From Octopus sinensis (lineage: Eukaryota), in the NCBI RefSeq assembly GCF_006345805.1, contig NC_043005.1:44888001-44952000 (forward strand): a DNA stretch of 64,000 nucleotides. The letters run 5' to 3'. Positions 1 to 11,860 of the stretch are shown here, piece by piece. Position numbers and translations under genes: made by a program. Position 1 is the first letter of the stretch. Every line of letters starts with the position of its first letter. A model generated the notes under the pieces. It worked only from the letters and a program-made list of their open reading frames with translations. It searched no databases and had not been told where the DNA came from.

Positions 1-138
1 GGCTGTTAAGCAAAAAGCTGAACACTCATACACCATCTTTGATGGGAGAGTCCATCATATTTATATATATATATATATGTGCATGCATGTATGTATGTAT
101 ATATATATGTGTTTCTGTGTGTGTGAGTGTATATATAT

Positions 139-370
139 GGTGGTGAGCTGGCAGAATCGTTAGCATGCCGGGTGAAATGCTTCGCAGTATTTCATCTGCC
201 GTTACATTCTGAGTTCACATTCTGCCAATGTTGACTTTGCCTTTCATCATTTTGGGAGGAAGGGATTAAATAAGTACCAGTTATGCACTGGGGTCGATGT
301 AATCGACTTAATCCCTTTGTCTGTCCTTGTTTGTCCCCTCTGTGTTTAGCCCCTTGTGGGCAATAAAGAA
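139..370 (+). mobile_element. tRNA-derived SINE, family B (GGCGAGCTGGCAGAA head; GCCTTTCATCCTTTCGGGGTCGATAAA core)
   Basis: A-box/B-box-like head (tggcagaatcgttagc, gagttcacattc) and A-rich tail. Related copies at about 4020-4230, 42100-42310, 43961-44195, 47478-47708 and 55597-55815 (-). Confidence 0.8.
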
Positions 371-393
371 AAAAAAATATATATATATATATA

Positions 394-1445
394 CAGAGTG
401 TATCACTTTTTTGAGGATACCTCTTTCAAGAGTTTTAATTTTCTTCTAATTAACATTTTTCTTTACTTTTCAGATAAATAATATCAAACATCAGGTTAAC
501 TAGGGAAATAAAAAGGCAAGCTCTAATTATTGCCTTAAAAATGCAGCAGTGTGATACAGAGTTTGTTAGTTTCCTGAAAGTTGCCTGATACTTCATTGTC
601 AAAGTTGGAAAGAAGTGGAGACGCAGCTGAAAGGATACAGTATCAGTAGTTAAAGGCAAAATGCATGCACAAGGTCCCATACCATCAGAACATTATGCTT
701 TGCATGAAAATGTCCAAGAAACAATTGATAAAATTCCTGGAAATTCAATCAGAGCCATTTCAAAAGATGTTAAAATATCAGAATGCACCATCAGGAGAGT
801 TGTGGCTGAGGACATCTGCACTGAGCTGCATGTGATACAAGGGGGTTAGTTTATGTCAAATGTGACAAGAGAGAATTGTTTGATCCATGCAAAGTGCTTG
901 GCTAAAAAATTTAAAACACCATGAGGCTGGAATGCTTTGGTTTTTTCTCTGATGAGAAAAACTTTGATCAGGACCAAAAGGTAAACTGAAGGAATGACAG
1001 ATGGTTATGCAAAGACTCAAATGAAGTTCCAATAGTCATGCATACTAAATTCCCTGCAACTCTGATGGTTTTGGGGAGTTGTCAGCAATGAGGGAGATGC
1101 CACACCTCCTCACTTTTTTTCGTAGGGCTTAAGAGTCAATGCTGCTGTCTACATAAAGATGCCAGAGAAGGCTCTGGATACACAGAGTATGCAATAGAAA
1201 ACCGTACATCTTCCAACAAGACTTTGCATTGTCTCATTAGGCAAGGACAACCCAAGTATGTCAATCTCCACGATCATGCTCATCTAAACATGTGGCCTCC
1301 TAGCTCACCAGATCTCAATCTAATGAATTGTTGCATATGTGGCATAGTCAAGAGAGAGGTCAATCAACACCCTTATAACACCATACAATCACCCATGTCT
1401 GCCATTACCATGTCTAAAATTGATAAAGTTCATCTGATTCAGGCA
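394..1445 (+). pseudogene. Degenerate DD37D (maT-type) Tc1/mariner transposase, 3' end truncated
   Basis: Begins at TA|CAGAGTGT...TTGAGGATA. Broken frames give FFSDEKNFDQDQK, TKFPATLMVFGVVSNEG, YIFQQD and MWPPSSPDLN. Multiple stops and frameshifts. Cut off at about 1445 by the hammerhead-bearing repeat. Confidence 0.85.
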
Positions 1446-1453
1446 AACATTCT

Positions 1454-1490
1454 GTACTGAGGACAGGAAGGAACCCAGAAACCGGTATAC
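1454..1490 (+). ncRNA. Minimal type I hammerhead-like motif, family 2, copy 1 (degenerate)
   Basis: gta-CTGAGGA-c-agga-aggaa-ccca-GAA-ACCGGT-A-tac. Core CUGANGA and GAAA are present, stem III is the palindrome ACCGGU, and stem I is GUA/UAC. Stem II is mismatched. Confidence 0.55.
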
Positions 1491-1793
1491 TCATTTTACT
1501 TTGCTGGAGGGAGGATGGTTTGTTCCCTTGCTCACAATAAAACAGGCACAGGTTGTGTGTCGTTAGATAGTGGGAATAGATGTTTTCCTGCAGTTAAATA
1601 TAGTAACATTTTTTACATTTGATGGATAGTTGTCCTCATCGATAATGATGATGATGATGAAGCTGAGTAAACTGGTACTATATTGATTATTGTCCCCTTT
1701 TTTTCATGTAAAACTGAAAGGTATGGTTTTTTGAATTAAAGGAAGATTTGGCTACTATTTTTAGCAGATTAAGTGATCATATATAGATGTGCA

Positions 1794-1928
1794 TTATTTA
1801 CATTATTTACATTTGACGGATATTTGTCCTCGTCTTGTTTGTTGTTAACACATCGTTTCGGCTGATATATCCTCCAGCCTTCATCAGGTGCCTTGGGGAA
1901 ATTTCAAACCTGGGTTCTCATTCCTAAG
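1794..1928 (-). mobile_element. Penelope-like pLTR fragment with hammerhead motif, family 1 (motif 1847-1892)
   Basis: Minus strand reads ggcac-CTGATGA-a-GGCTG-gaggatatat-CAGCC-GAA-acga-t-gtgtt. It is a 135-bp inverted copy of 2704-2838. Confidence 0.7.
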
Positions 1929-1936
1929 ATATTTTT

Positions 1937-1941
1937 TTATC

Positions 1942-1988
<47 letters not shown>

Positions 1989-2038
1989 AATTATTATTAT
2001 TATTATTATTATCATCATTATTATTATTATTATTATTA

Positions 2039-2070
<32 letters not shown>
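1937..2070. repeat. (ATT)n microsatellite
   Basis: Directly visible; it produces the poly-L/poly-I ORF 1888-2076. Confidence 0.95.
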
Positions 2071-2605
2071 GAGTGAGAGAGCAGTGCATGCCATCAAAGT
2101 GACACTGGGGTAAAATATACGAAGCCCAATATACCCTCATGACTACCCGTCTGATAAGGTACCCAGGCACATGCAAAAATCACAACCATATGTGCGCGAC
2201 ATGGTGATCTCATATCAAGATAAACAGCACATGACCTTGCAGGTGGGGCCCAGTTAGAATTTTCTTCAGGTTGAGTAGCCCATCCCGCTCAAAAGGTCCC
2301 TGAATAAGGGTGTTTAAGGATGTTGAAAGAACCACCCATGTTTCCAGAGGTGATTATTCAAACCCCAAAGAATCCCTCTCAACACATGGCTATGATGCTC
2401 CCCCACTACTTCTGCTCATGATCAGAGATGCACATATCGTCAGCCACTAAGGGACATGCTCAACTGGTTAAGGTCAAACAAGTGACAAGCAAATCTGTGG
2501 TATTGAGCAGAATATTTGCTGTAGCCCATCTTTTATACCAAGACAAAACAATGTACATGATAACACTTCCAATCAGTTAAGATCAGAAGCCATGAGAGCC
2601 ACTGC

Positions 2606-2701
2606 CTGGTACTGCATCAGGGCATTCTGGTACTGCATCAGGGCATCCTGGTACTGCATCAGGGCATCCTGGTACTGCATCAGGGCATCCTGGTACTGCA
2701 T
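2606..2701 (+). repeat. 21-bp tandem repeat (CTGGTACTGCATCAGGGCATC), about 4.6 copies
   Basis: Units start at 2606, 2627, 2648, 2669 and 2690, at the 3' end of an interspersed repeat (about 2071-2626). Confidence 0.9.
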
Positions 2702-2703
2702 AC

Positions 2704-2874
2704 CTTAGGAATGAGAACCCAGGTTTGAAATTTCCCCAAGACACCTGATGAAGGCTGGAGGGTATATCAGCTAAAATGTTGTGTTAACAGTAAACAAGAT
2801 GATGACCAGCATCCGTCAAATGTAAATAATGTAAATAAAGTACATAATTCCTCATCTCTTAAATATGGAACTAC
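2704..2874 (+). mobile_element. Penelope-like pLTR fragment with decayed hammerhead motif, family 1 (motif 2740-2785)
   Basis: gacac-CTGATGA-a-GGCTG-gagggtatat-CAGCT-AAAATGT-t-gtgtt. CGAAAC has become TAAAAT, consistent with CpG decay. Confidence 0.7.
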
Positions 2875-3055
2875 AGTAACATTTGTTGTGCATAGAACAG
2901 CCACATTTAAGTGGCAACAGCCTTTACTGTTTAGTACTGTTACTATGTGAATCTCTTTCAGAGATTTAAAACCAGCTACTTTAGCTTGTTTCAAGGTCAG
3001 CAATGCGTAGTTAATTCTTTGTTTATATAGTGTGAGCAAGGACGAAGGCAAACGT

Positions 3056-3098
3056 CCGGTACTGAGGACCGAAAGGAATCCAGAAACCAGTATACTGG
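3056..3098 (+). ncRNA. Minimal type I hammerhead-like motif, family 2, copy 2 (degenerate)
   Basis: ccggta-CTGAGGA-c-cgaa-aggaa-tcca-GAA-ACCAGT-A-tactgg. Stem I has 6 bp (CCGGUA/UACUGG, one G-U pair). Confidence 0.55.
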
Positions 3099-3338
3099 CT
3101 TCCCTTTGCTGGAGTAGTTTGCTCACAATAAAACAGATACAAGTTGTGTGTCATTAGCCAGCAGTAAAAGATGTTTTCCTGGGGTTGAAATATAGTAACA
3201 TTTGTTCTGCATAGAACAGCCATGTAAACGTGGCAACAGCCTTTACTATATCAGTGCAGGTTGGCATATGATGGCATTACCAAAGTGAAAAGAAAGGCTA
3301 TGTAGAAAAGGTACATGACTGTAGAAAAGTATCAAGTC

Positions 3339-3488
3339 ATAGGAGTGGCTGTGTGGTAAGTAACTTGCTTATGAACCACATGGTTCTGGGTTCAGTCCCA
3401 CTGCATGGCATCTTGACAAGTGTCTCCTACTATGCCTTGGCCAACCAAACCTTATGAGTGGATTTGGTGATGGAACTGAAAGTCCCAC

Positions 3489-3541
<53 letters not shown>

Positions 3542-3762
3542 TGTATGTATGTGTGTATACGTTTGTGTGTCTGTGTTTGTCCCCCCAACATCGCTTGACA
3601 ACCGATGCTGATGTGTTTACATCCCCATAACTTAGTGGTTCAGCAAAAGAGACTGATAGAATAAGTACTAGGCTTACAAAGAATAAGTCTGGGGGCGGTT
3701 TGCTTGACTAAAGGCTGTGCTCCAGCATGGTCACAGTCAAATGACTGAAAAAAGTAAAAGAG
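3339..3762 (+). mobile_element. tRNA-derived SINE, family A (GGAGTGGCTGTGTGGTAAG head, internal TA/TG microsatellite, CAGTCAAATGACTGAAACAAGTAAAAGA tail)
   Basis: Highly repeated in the window: about 5999-6425, 14945-15270, 16150-16320(-), 20310-20700, 20730-20940(-), 21345-21505(-), 22517-22900, 36390-36775, 38375-38490(-), 45810-46340(-), 46950-47300(-/+), 52735-52880, 53440-53880(-), 60333-60735 and 60820-61030. Confidence 0.85.
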
Positions 3763-4598
3763 TATGTAATATTTAAGCCTGATATAGCAGGTTTAAATGT
3801 GAAAGGGGGAAAAGAACTAAATAGGTTATAAGTCTATAAGTCATCTGCTTAAAGTGATTGACAATTTTTACCTTGTAGCTGGTGTTTCACCATATAAACA
3901 GCTCAGTTTATCTAGCTGTATACAGACACACTAGAGTACAGCTATAGTACTAAGACAATGAGAAAGACAAATCTAACTCAAATTGCATAAATACTATTTA
4001 ATATTAAGGAACACACAAGGTGGTTAGCTGGCAGAGTTGCAACCATGCTGGGTAAAATGCTTAGCAGCATTTCGCCCATCTTTACATTCTGAGTTCAAAT
4101 GCTGCCACGGTAGACTTTGCCTTTCATCCTCTCAGGGTCAATGAAATAATTACAAGATGAGCATTGGGGTTGTTGTAATCAATTTAACCCCTTCTTCAAA
4201 ATTGCTGGTCTTGTGCCAAAATTTGAAGCCAATATTGATGAACATATGTATTCTTAGATATTCCTATGTCGGAAAAAACAGAATTTTGTTGTGTCTAGTT
4301 AGTTGGATATTTAACCAATTGACTAATAATAAAGGAGTGGAATTGAACCAGTGTGTGTGTTAATAATATTGGCATAATGACTCTTCTTAGACACAACAAA
4401 ATTTGTTTCAAGACATGAATTCATATAAAGAATCTTTCATACCAGATATAAAAATGAAGTAAAAATAAAAACATAACTGTTATTATGTGAATGTCTTTGA
4501 TAATAAGTCTGTTCAACTTGGAATGATTTGAGATTAAGTAACTATGATATGACAACAAATACACTGTTGCATCCAACAGTATATAACTAATAAATACT

Positions 4599-4728
4599 CT
4601 ATTTCTTTGATGTTCTAGAAAGTTCAGTTTCTCCCCAGAGGTATATATTGGAGAGGGGCGTTCTTGTAAAGTCAATGGGGTTGTACGTTTTAACAGTTAC
4701 CTCTGATTGCAAAAGGTCAACAAATTCA
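4599..4728 (-). CDS. Putative terminal coding exon of an unidentified minus-strand gene (…EFVDLLQSEVTVKTYNPIDFTRTPLSNIYLWGETELSRTSKK*)
   Basis: Acceptor gatacAG at 4730-4729, then 1 nt plus 43 codons to TAG. The phase matches the 7144-7041 exon. Non-repetitive sequence; no homology recognised. Confidence 0.4.
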
Positions 4729-6165
4729 CTGTATCAACTCGGTAAGAAGTACTAATTTAATTTACATCATCATCATCATTATCACCCAGTACCAACAAAA
4801 ACAATAACAACGACACCTTCACCAGCAGCAGCAACACCACCACCACCACCACCACCACCACCACCACCATCATCATCACCATTATGATGCAGCTGCCACT
4901 GTGAGTACACTGCCACCAGCAACAACACCAGCACTATCCCTGTTCTTACAACAACAAGAACAACTTCTGTTTCACCTGATTACATTAAACCATCTTTAAT
5001 TTCCTTTCACAATGAATGCCTTAAACCAATGGTTTCCATTTACACTCTTTACAGTTCATATTTCCAACATTCTAAAACATCAAATCCATTCAACTAAAAT
5101 AACTCCTAACCAATAATATCTCTTACTAGGGTCACTTTCTCACTCTCCCAGTATATATATATATATATATATATATGATATATATATGTATATACATACA
5201 TATATAAGCAAAAAAGCTAGTTCTAAAATCTCTCTAAGAGATCAACGCAGTAGTTGTACTTACAAGTAATGTTCTTAGCCACTTCAACATGGCTATTCCA
5301 TTTGAAAGGACTTTACTGGGATTTTTTATACCCCAAGAGGACATCTCCTCTAGCTGGTTAACAACGCACAGCTGCTTTCAATATATAGTTCCCTCACCTG
5401 TCTTCATCTTTTGTTCTCTATAAATTTGAACCACACACACATACACATATATGTATATATATAAAAACCATTGGGAGTCAGGAGGTATGAGAGGTGAATA
5501 CATTTATTTAATCATTTGTTATCCTTAGGATTACAACCATTTCACAGCCCTCATCATGTAATAATAATTTCAATGTATAATAAATTATTCTATATGTCTA
5601 CACCAATATGCATACTACACATTGTACAGTACAATTGTTTACTTACACATCAATACTGATGAAGTAGGCTAGCTCATCAGATCAACAGAACATCATGGTT
5701 ACACCAATACTTCAACTCTACTTATACATTAAAAATTTTCCTTTATATACACAATGTATGGAAGACTGATACTAGATAAAATTAGCATAGTATGGTTATA
5801 AAATAAATAAATATAAATAATAAATATATTTGGTATCATATCATTTAAGATGGTGGGTCTAAGTTTAGGAAAATGACTATCTTTAATGTAAACAAAAGTC
5901 AGGAAAGGGATATGAGAGGAAGTAAAGTGGTTTAATTAAATGATTGTTTTTTTTAGGAAGTATTTAAAATATTTATAAAAATTATAAATATACATACATA
6001 GGATGGCTGTGGTAAGTAGCTTGCTAACCAACCATATGGTTCCAGGTTCAGTACCACTTCATGGCAACTTGGGTAAGTGTCTTCTACTATAGCCTCAGGC
6101 TGACCAAATTCTGGTGAGTGGATTTGGTAGACGGAAACTGAGAAAATCCCGGTGTATATATATAC

Positions 6166-6198
<33 letters not shown>

Positions 6199-6710
6199 TG
6201 GTATGTACGTATGTGTGTGTGTGTGTATGTTTGTTTGTGTGTGTGTTTGTTCCCCCACAACATCGCTTGACAACTGATGCTGGTGTATTTACATCCCTGT
6301 AAGCTAGTAGTTCAGCAAAAGATATCAAAAATAAGTACTAGGCTTACAAAGAATAAGTCCTGGAGTGGATTTGCTTGACTAAAGGCAGTGCTGCTGTCAA
6401 ATGACTGAAACAAGTAAAAGAATAAAGGAATATATATTTAAATATGTATGTGTATGCATATTTATATATGTATGTATATAGTAGTGTCCAGCAACAGCAA
6501 AGAAGAAACACAGAAACATACACAGAAATATATTGGCGCAAGTGATGGCTGTTCCCTTTAAGGTCAGACTAAATAACCACAGGCACTCTTTTAGAATCAA
6601 AGAGAAGTGCAATTTATGCAATGTTACAAAATTAGCCAGTTATATTTAATGAGTAGCAGAGGAAGGGACAACATACAAAATTTATTGGAAGCTGCTGAAA
6701 CAACCTGCCT

Positions 6711-6823
6711 TACTGGAAGCAGACAGAGCAAGCTTTGCGTAGCTGAGAGGAGAATAATTCTAAAATGTATCTTATATTATTCTCTTCTCAGCTACGCAAA
6801 GCTTGCTCTCTCTGCTTCCAGTA
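6711..6823. ncRNA. 48-bp-stem hairpin, pre-miRNA-like or MITE-like
   Basis: Arms 6711-6758 and 6776-6823 are reverse complements with 2 differences (one is a G-U pair on +). Loop is 17 nt. Confidence 0.5.
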
Positions 6824-7040
6824 TGTTATATTATATTATACAGAAAGGTTAAGATGTTTCAAACAAGTAAATTTATATTAAAAAACAAAAGAAGAAAGAA
6901 AGTATTTACATTTTTACCAAAATAGACTACCTGTTTCAATCACTTTAAAAGATGATTTAGTCATGCTGAAAAAGAAGGAAAAATAAACTGAAAAGAAATC
7001 TTTCATTATATATTTTCTGAAAGTCCACGTGTTTTCTTAC

Positions 7041-7144
7041 AAAAGCACAAGGTGCTGGTAGTTGGTTTCCTTCTGATAATTGTTGGGTTGTAGTAGGAGT
7101 AACAGTTCAAGCAGAGGCAGTTGTCCTTTATCATTAAGGAGTGT
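7041..7144 (-). CDS. Putative internal exon of the unidentified minus-strand gene (TLLNDKGQLPLLELLLLLQPNNYQKETNYQHLVL)
   Basis: Acceptor cttttgctatAG (7146-7145), donor GTAAGA (7040-7035). 104 nt, open in phase 0 to phase 2. Confidence 0.45.
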
Positions 7145-8072
7145 CTATAGCAAAAGTGAGATAAAAGAAATAACTCAGACTGGCAAGTACCTTGTATAGG
7201 AACAACAGATACAAATACAGGTATAGTAGATAACATACAACATAAATTCTTGGTTCATTAAGCTTAGAGGGTGTGTCACAGATACTAAATCACAACTGAG
7301 AATAGTTTTGTAAGAGAAGAGGGTTAATAAATTAGGAATCTAGAATTCTTCAGAATTGACTTGTCGTTAAGTAAAGGAGAGGCTGGAGATAAGAAGACAT
7401 GTATTTCGTCCTCAACAGCTGTCATTTGCATAACAGATGTCCTGTGCTGGTGATGCCTATTGAGGTAGGAACAATTTGGCACTTAGTAATAGTTCCACAT
7501 CTGCCCTTTGGTAATTGTGACACAATTTCTAGAGGTAGAGAAATGTTATTTAATCAAGAATTTATGTTGTATGGTATTTAACATCCCTGTATGCCTGTTG
7601 TTCATTTACATGCTTCTGGCCACTCTGAGTTTTTTGTTTTAGCTATTTTTTGTCTTATATATGCATGTGTGTATATATATATACACATACACACATATGT
7701 GTGTGTGTGTGTGTGTGTAGGTATGTCATTATTCAGTTTTATTTCAAGATTTCTTGCCAATAGAGAAAGAGTTGGTTTCGAACCTAGATCCAAAGCTGGA
7801 ATTTCAACATCAACAACAGGATACTTTTGTATGTATGTATGTATGTATGTATGTATTGATGGATGGATGGATAGACGTATCAGTGGCTTGGGGTGATTGT
7901 TGTATTGGGTGTGCTGCCACACCCAATGCCACCAAATTTCAAGGAGGGTTATAACAAAATTTTTCCATTAAGATTTGTGATTAAATTAATGAGTAAGGTT
8001 AATATTTATGATGAATTTGCCATTTTCGATGGGTGTGCAGCGCACACCTAGCACACCCAGAATATATGCCCC

Positions 8073-8400
8073 TAGTATGTATGTATGTATGCATGTATGT
8101 ATGTATTATGTATGTATGTATGTATGTATGTATGTATGCATGCATGCATGTGTGTGTGTGTGTATGTATGTATGAATGTATGTATGTATGTATGTATGTA
8201 TGTATGTATGCATGCATGCATGCATGTATGTATGTATGTCTGTGTGTGTGTTTATGTATGTATGTATGTATGTATGTATGTATGTATGTATGTATGTGTG
8301 TGTGTGTGTATGTATGTATGTATGCATGCAAGTATGTATGTATGTACGTACGTATGTATATATGTATGCACGTATGCATGCATGTATGTGTGTATGTATA
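8073..8400. repeat. (ATGT)n/(GT)n compound microsatellite
   Basis: Directly visible. It is one of dozens of TA, TG, ATGT, CAT and ATT arrays, e.g. 9330-9530, 14620-14945, 38870-39050, 56590-56900 and 57770-58190. Confidence 0.95.
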
Positions 8401-8952
8401 CTCTACTTAAAATCTCTCATTCCTTTCCTGCTGTCATTCCACTCACTCCTACAAGTGAATCTTAATTTCATTTCTCTCACTTTTTAAGAAATTATTGCCA
8501 GATAGTTGATATACTTTCAGTAAATTTAATGCCCTTAACCCTTAACGCACACAGAACTCAACAACTGGTATTTGACTTTCTTCGTGCTTATGTTAAACTA
8601 TCGTTGTTATTTTTAATTCACCCACTGTAAACTAAAACAAGTGTTGATAAGCAACATACCAACCAACCTTCCAACAATTACTGCTAGCTTCTTGAAATTC
8701 TGATTTGTTCCAAGACCCACCGACCAGTTCTAAACTTAGTTGTTCTTATATTATCATATCCCCCAACACTCTCTCTATCTGTCTCTATTTCTCTCATTCG
8801 TTCCCTGCCCAACACATATCTCAGTGGAATTTCATTAACAGCATTCAACAACCATTAACTCACATACATGTAGCTTTTACTCTTTCCCTCTCCATCTCTT
8901 TTACTGCTACTGTCATAACATCTTTACCTATGAATTCTCTCTTCTTATCACT

Positions 8953-9001
<49 letters not shown>

Positions 9002-9429
9002 GGTTGCTTCCACTAGAATACTTCCATTCTCTCTCTGCTCTTGTTTGATGGGGCTGGAGGGTCATCCCAGGTTAGCAGACCCAGAGGCTACCAGTTCCAT
9101 ATCCTACATTCTAGAAATTCAAACTTAGCACTTCATTCAGTTCGTTCACCCTGAACTGCTACTGACTGGGAATCCTTCCATTTTTCTTTCAGTTGTCAGC
9201 ATTCAAATGCTTCATCATAACACTGACCACATCAATCTTACCAGCCTGAGAATGTTTTCTGTCATTTCCTCTCTAACTAATAAATTTTAAAATGCTTACA
9301 CAGGTAAGACACATCCACAGCATAATACACCATATATATATATACATATATATATATATACATACATATGTATATATACATATATACATATATATATATA
9401 TTATATATATATAATATATATATATATAT

Positions 9430-9464
<35 letters not shown>

Positions 9465-10275
9465 CATTACATATATATATATACATATATATACATACAT
9501 ACATATGGATTAACTATGTATATATATATATAATAACAAAGTGTATTTTTCCCTTTTGCCTACGTGGATTGTTTTCAAGTACTTTGGTTTTTCTGGGAGC
9601 CCCTTTTAAAGTAGGAGGAATAGCTAAGATTTTTTGACTGCTATTTCTAAACTTCGGTATGTGGTGAAACAAATCTTAGCTAAACCCTAATTATATATAT
9701 ATACATATATATATATGTATATATATATATATGTGTGTATATATAGATGTATATATATTTATATATATATATATATATATATAGTTGTAAAATCTCAAGA
9801 AGAGATCAGAGTAGTAACTATACTAAGACGTGAAGTCATTTGTCACATCAAAGTGACTGTTCCATGTTACTACTAGTTTAACCCCAGGCAGATTCACTGC
9901 CAGTCAGTTACCAGTGTGACTCTGCACCCTTTATATACAATACATTATCAGTGGGGGAGCAAACCCCTACCAACCTTTAACAGGTGAGAGGATCATGAGA
10001 CTGGCTCAGTTTTGAGCTATGTTGGTTGGAAGCAGACTTTGGGTAATCGCCCTGGCAGGTAGGTGGTTGTGACTGAGGATGAGCCAAATAGCTTGAAACT
10101 GAATCAGTCTCACTATCCTGTTACCTACTAGAGGCTGATAGGGATTTGCCCCCCCCCCTCCTGCTGACAATATATTGTGTATAAAGGGTAACCAGGTGGC
10201 GGAGAATCTGCTTAGGGTTAAACTAGTGGTAGCATGGAACTGTCACTTTGATGAGGCAACTGACTTTACTTTTTT

Positions 10276-10309
<34 letters not shown>

Positions 10310-10453
10310 TATATACATGTAAATATACATGTATGTCTATATCTATATACATACATGTATATATACATGTACGTATGTATATGCATATATATACACACAC
10401 ACACCATATATTATATATATAATATATATATGTATATATGTATATATATATAC

Positions 10454-10515
<62 letters not shown>

Positions 10516-11509
10516 CTTATAAACAAGGGCAAAAGAAAAAATTCTAATGCCAAATATGCCAAAAATAGACTTAAATCACCAATAACCATATAACCATATA
10601 TGTATGTATGTATATATGTATGTATGTATGTATGTATATATATATAAAGGTAAGATCCAAGGATCAAGGTGTAGGGAGTTAGTGAGCTTCAAGCAATCTG
10701 CAGAAGATATGAATAAAAACTTCCAGGAACAATAGTGGTTTATTGGCACAGAAGGTTGTGAATTGTTCCCTTATCAAAGTACGATAAACTGAAAAGAGCT
10801 AATTCTATAGTTCACAGTTAGCAACAGGGGTTGTTGTATATGCAAATAAATGTCCCAAAACGTAGAGAATGGAATAGGTAAGTTCAAGCTACATATGTTT
10901 CATAGCTAACAGAACCTCAGAAGTAGTAAATTATCCAAACAAGGATTTTACACACACACATTTTAATGTAGAATTCATGGATTTATATAATTCAGTGCTA
11001 ATCACAAAATAGCTCCAAGCAGGCTACAACCACATCATAGACTAATATGCAGGAGTATAAAATATAGAGTCGTATGCAGTTGAAATCCAATTTATTATAG
11101 ACTAAAATAAATTATTTTTGCATGATATTAGCCGTGAAATGCCTGTCACCCTGTGGATATCAACTAGTGAAATAAACATATTCATTACAAATCTCCCAAC
11201 TTACTTTATATTCCCTACACTCACACACACGCATAAACAGGCATTTATATATATGTTTGTTTGTTTTATATTTGATTATACAATTTTACATTAATCTGAT
11301 GGGTTACTCTATACTTTTGTAGAGTACAAATTTGCTATTTCTTAAACAAGAATATTATTGACAGTGACTTCAAAGCTTTACTTGTTTAAACTTCAAAGTC
11401 ACTATAAATGATAATCTTGTTTAAGATTAATAAATAAATAAATTCTTTTTAAAAATAGTTAAATATATACATTACATATATATATATATATATGTGTGTG
11501 TGTGTATGT

Positions 11510-11544
<35 letters not shown>

Positions 11545-11575
11545 AACACACACACACAAACACACACACAAACAC

Positions 11576-11614
<39 letters not shown>

Positions 11615-11616
11615 TC

Positions 11617-11860
11617 ATCATCATCATCATCATCATCATCGTTTAACGTCCGTTTTCCGCGCTAGCACGGGTTGGACGGTTCGACCGGGGTCTGGGGAGC
11701 CAGGGGCTGCCCCAGGCTCCAGTCTGATCTGGCAGTGTTTCTACAGCTGGATGCCCTTCCTAACGCCAACCACTCCGCGAGTGTAGTGGGTGCTTTTTAC
11801 GTGCCACCTGCACAGGTGCCAGAGGGGTCTGGCATCGGCCACGATCAGTTGGTGCTTTTT
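11617..11860 (-). mobile_element. SINE-like repeat, family C (…TTGGCGTTAGGAAGGGCATCCAGC…GGACGTTAAACGATGATG tail)
   Basis: (GAT)n tail on the minus strand. Further copies at about 17150-17360, 22150-22480, 31380-31550, 36920-37010, 37460-37630, 52090-52560, 58190-58340 and 59320-59610. Confidence 0.8.

Noticed and set aside
139-230. tRNA genes at SINE heads
   Set aside because: A/B-box-like motifs only; no complete cloverleaf, and each continues into a SINE body.
2606-2701. CRISPR-like repeat array
   Set aside because: Head-to-tail 21-bp units with no spacers, in a eukaryotic context.
4619-4741. Plus-strand exon reading (SSVSPQRYILERG…) ending in GTAAGA, overlapping the predicted terminal exon
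   Set aside because: No partner exons on the plus strand; the minus-strand reading fits the phase of 7144-7041.
10680-10788. Minus-strand open stretch YRTLIREQFTTFCANKPLLFLE after a good acceptor
   Set aside because: No convincing donor, and its phase does not fit the other candidate exons.
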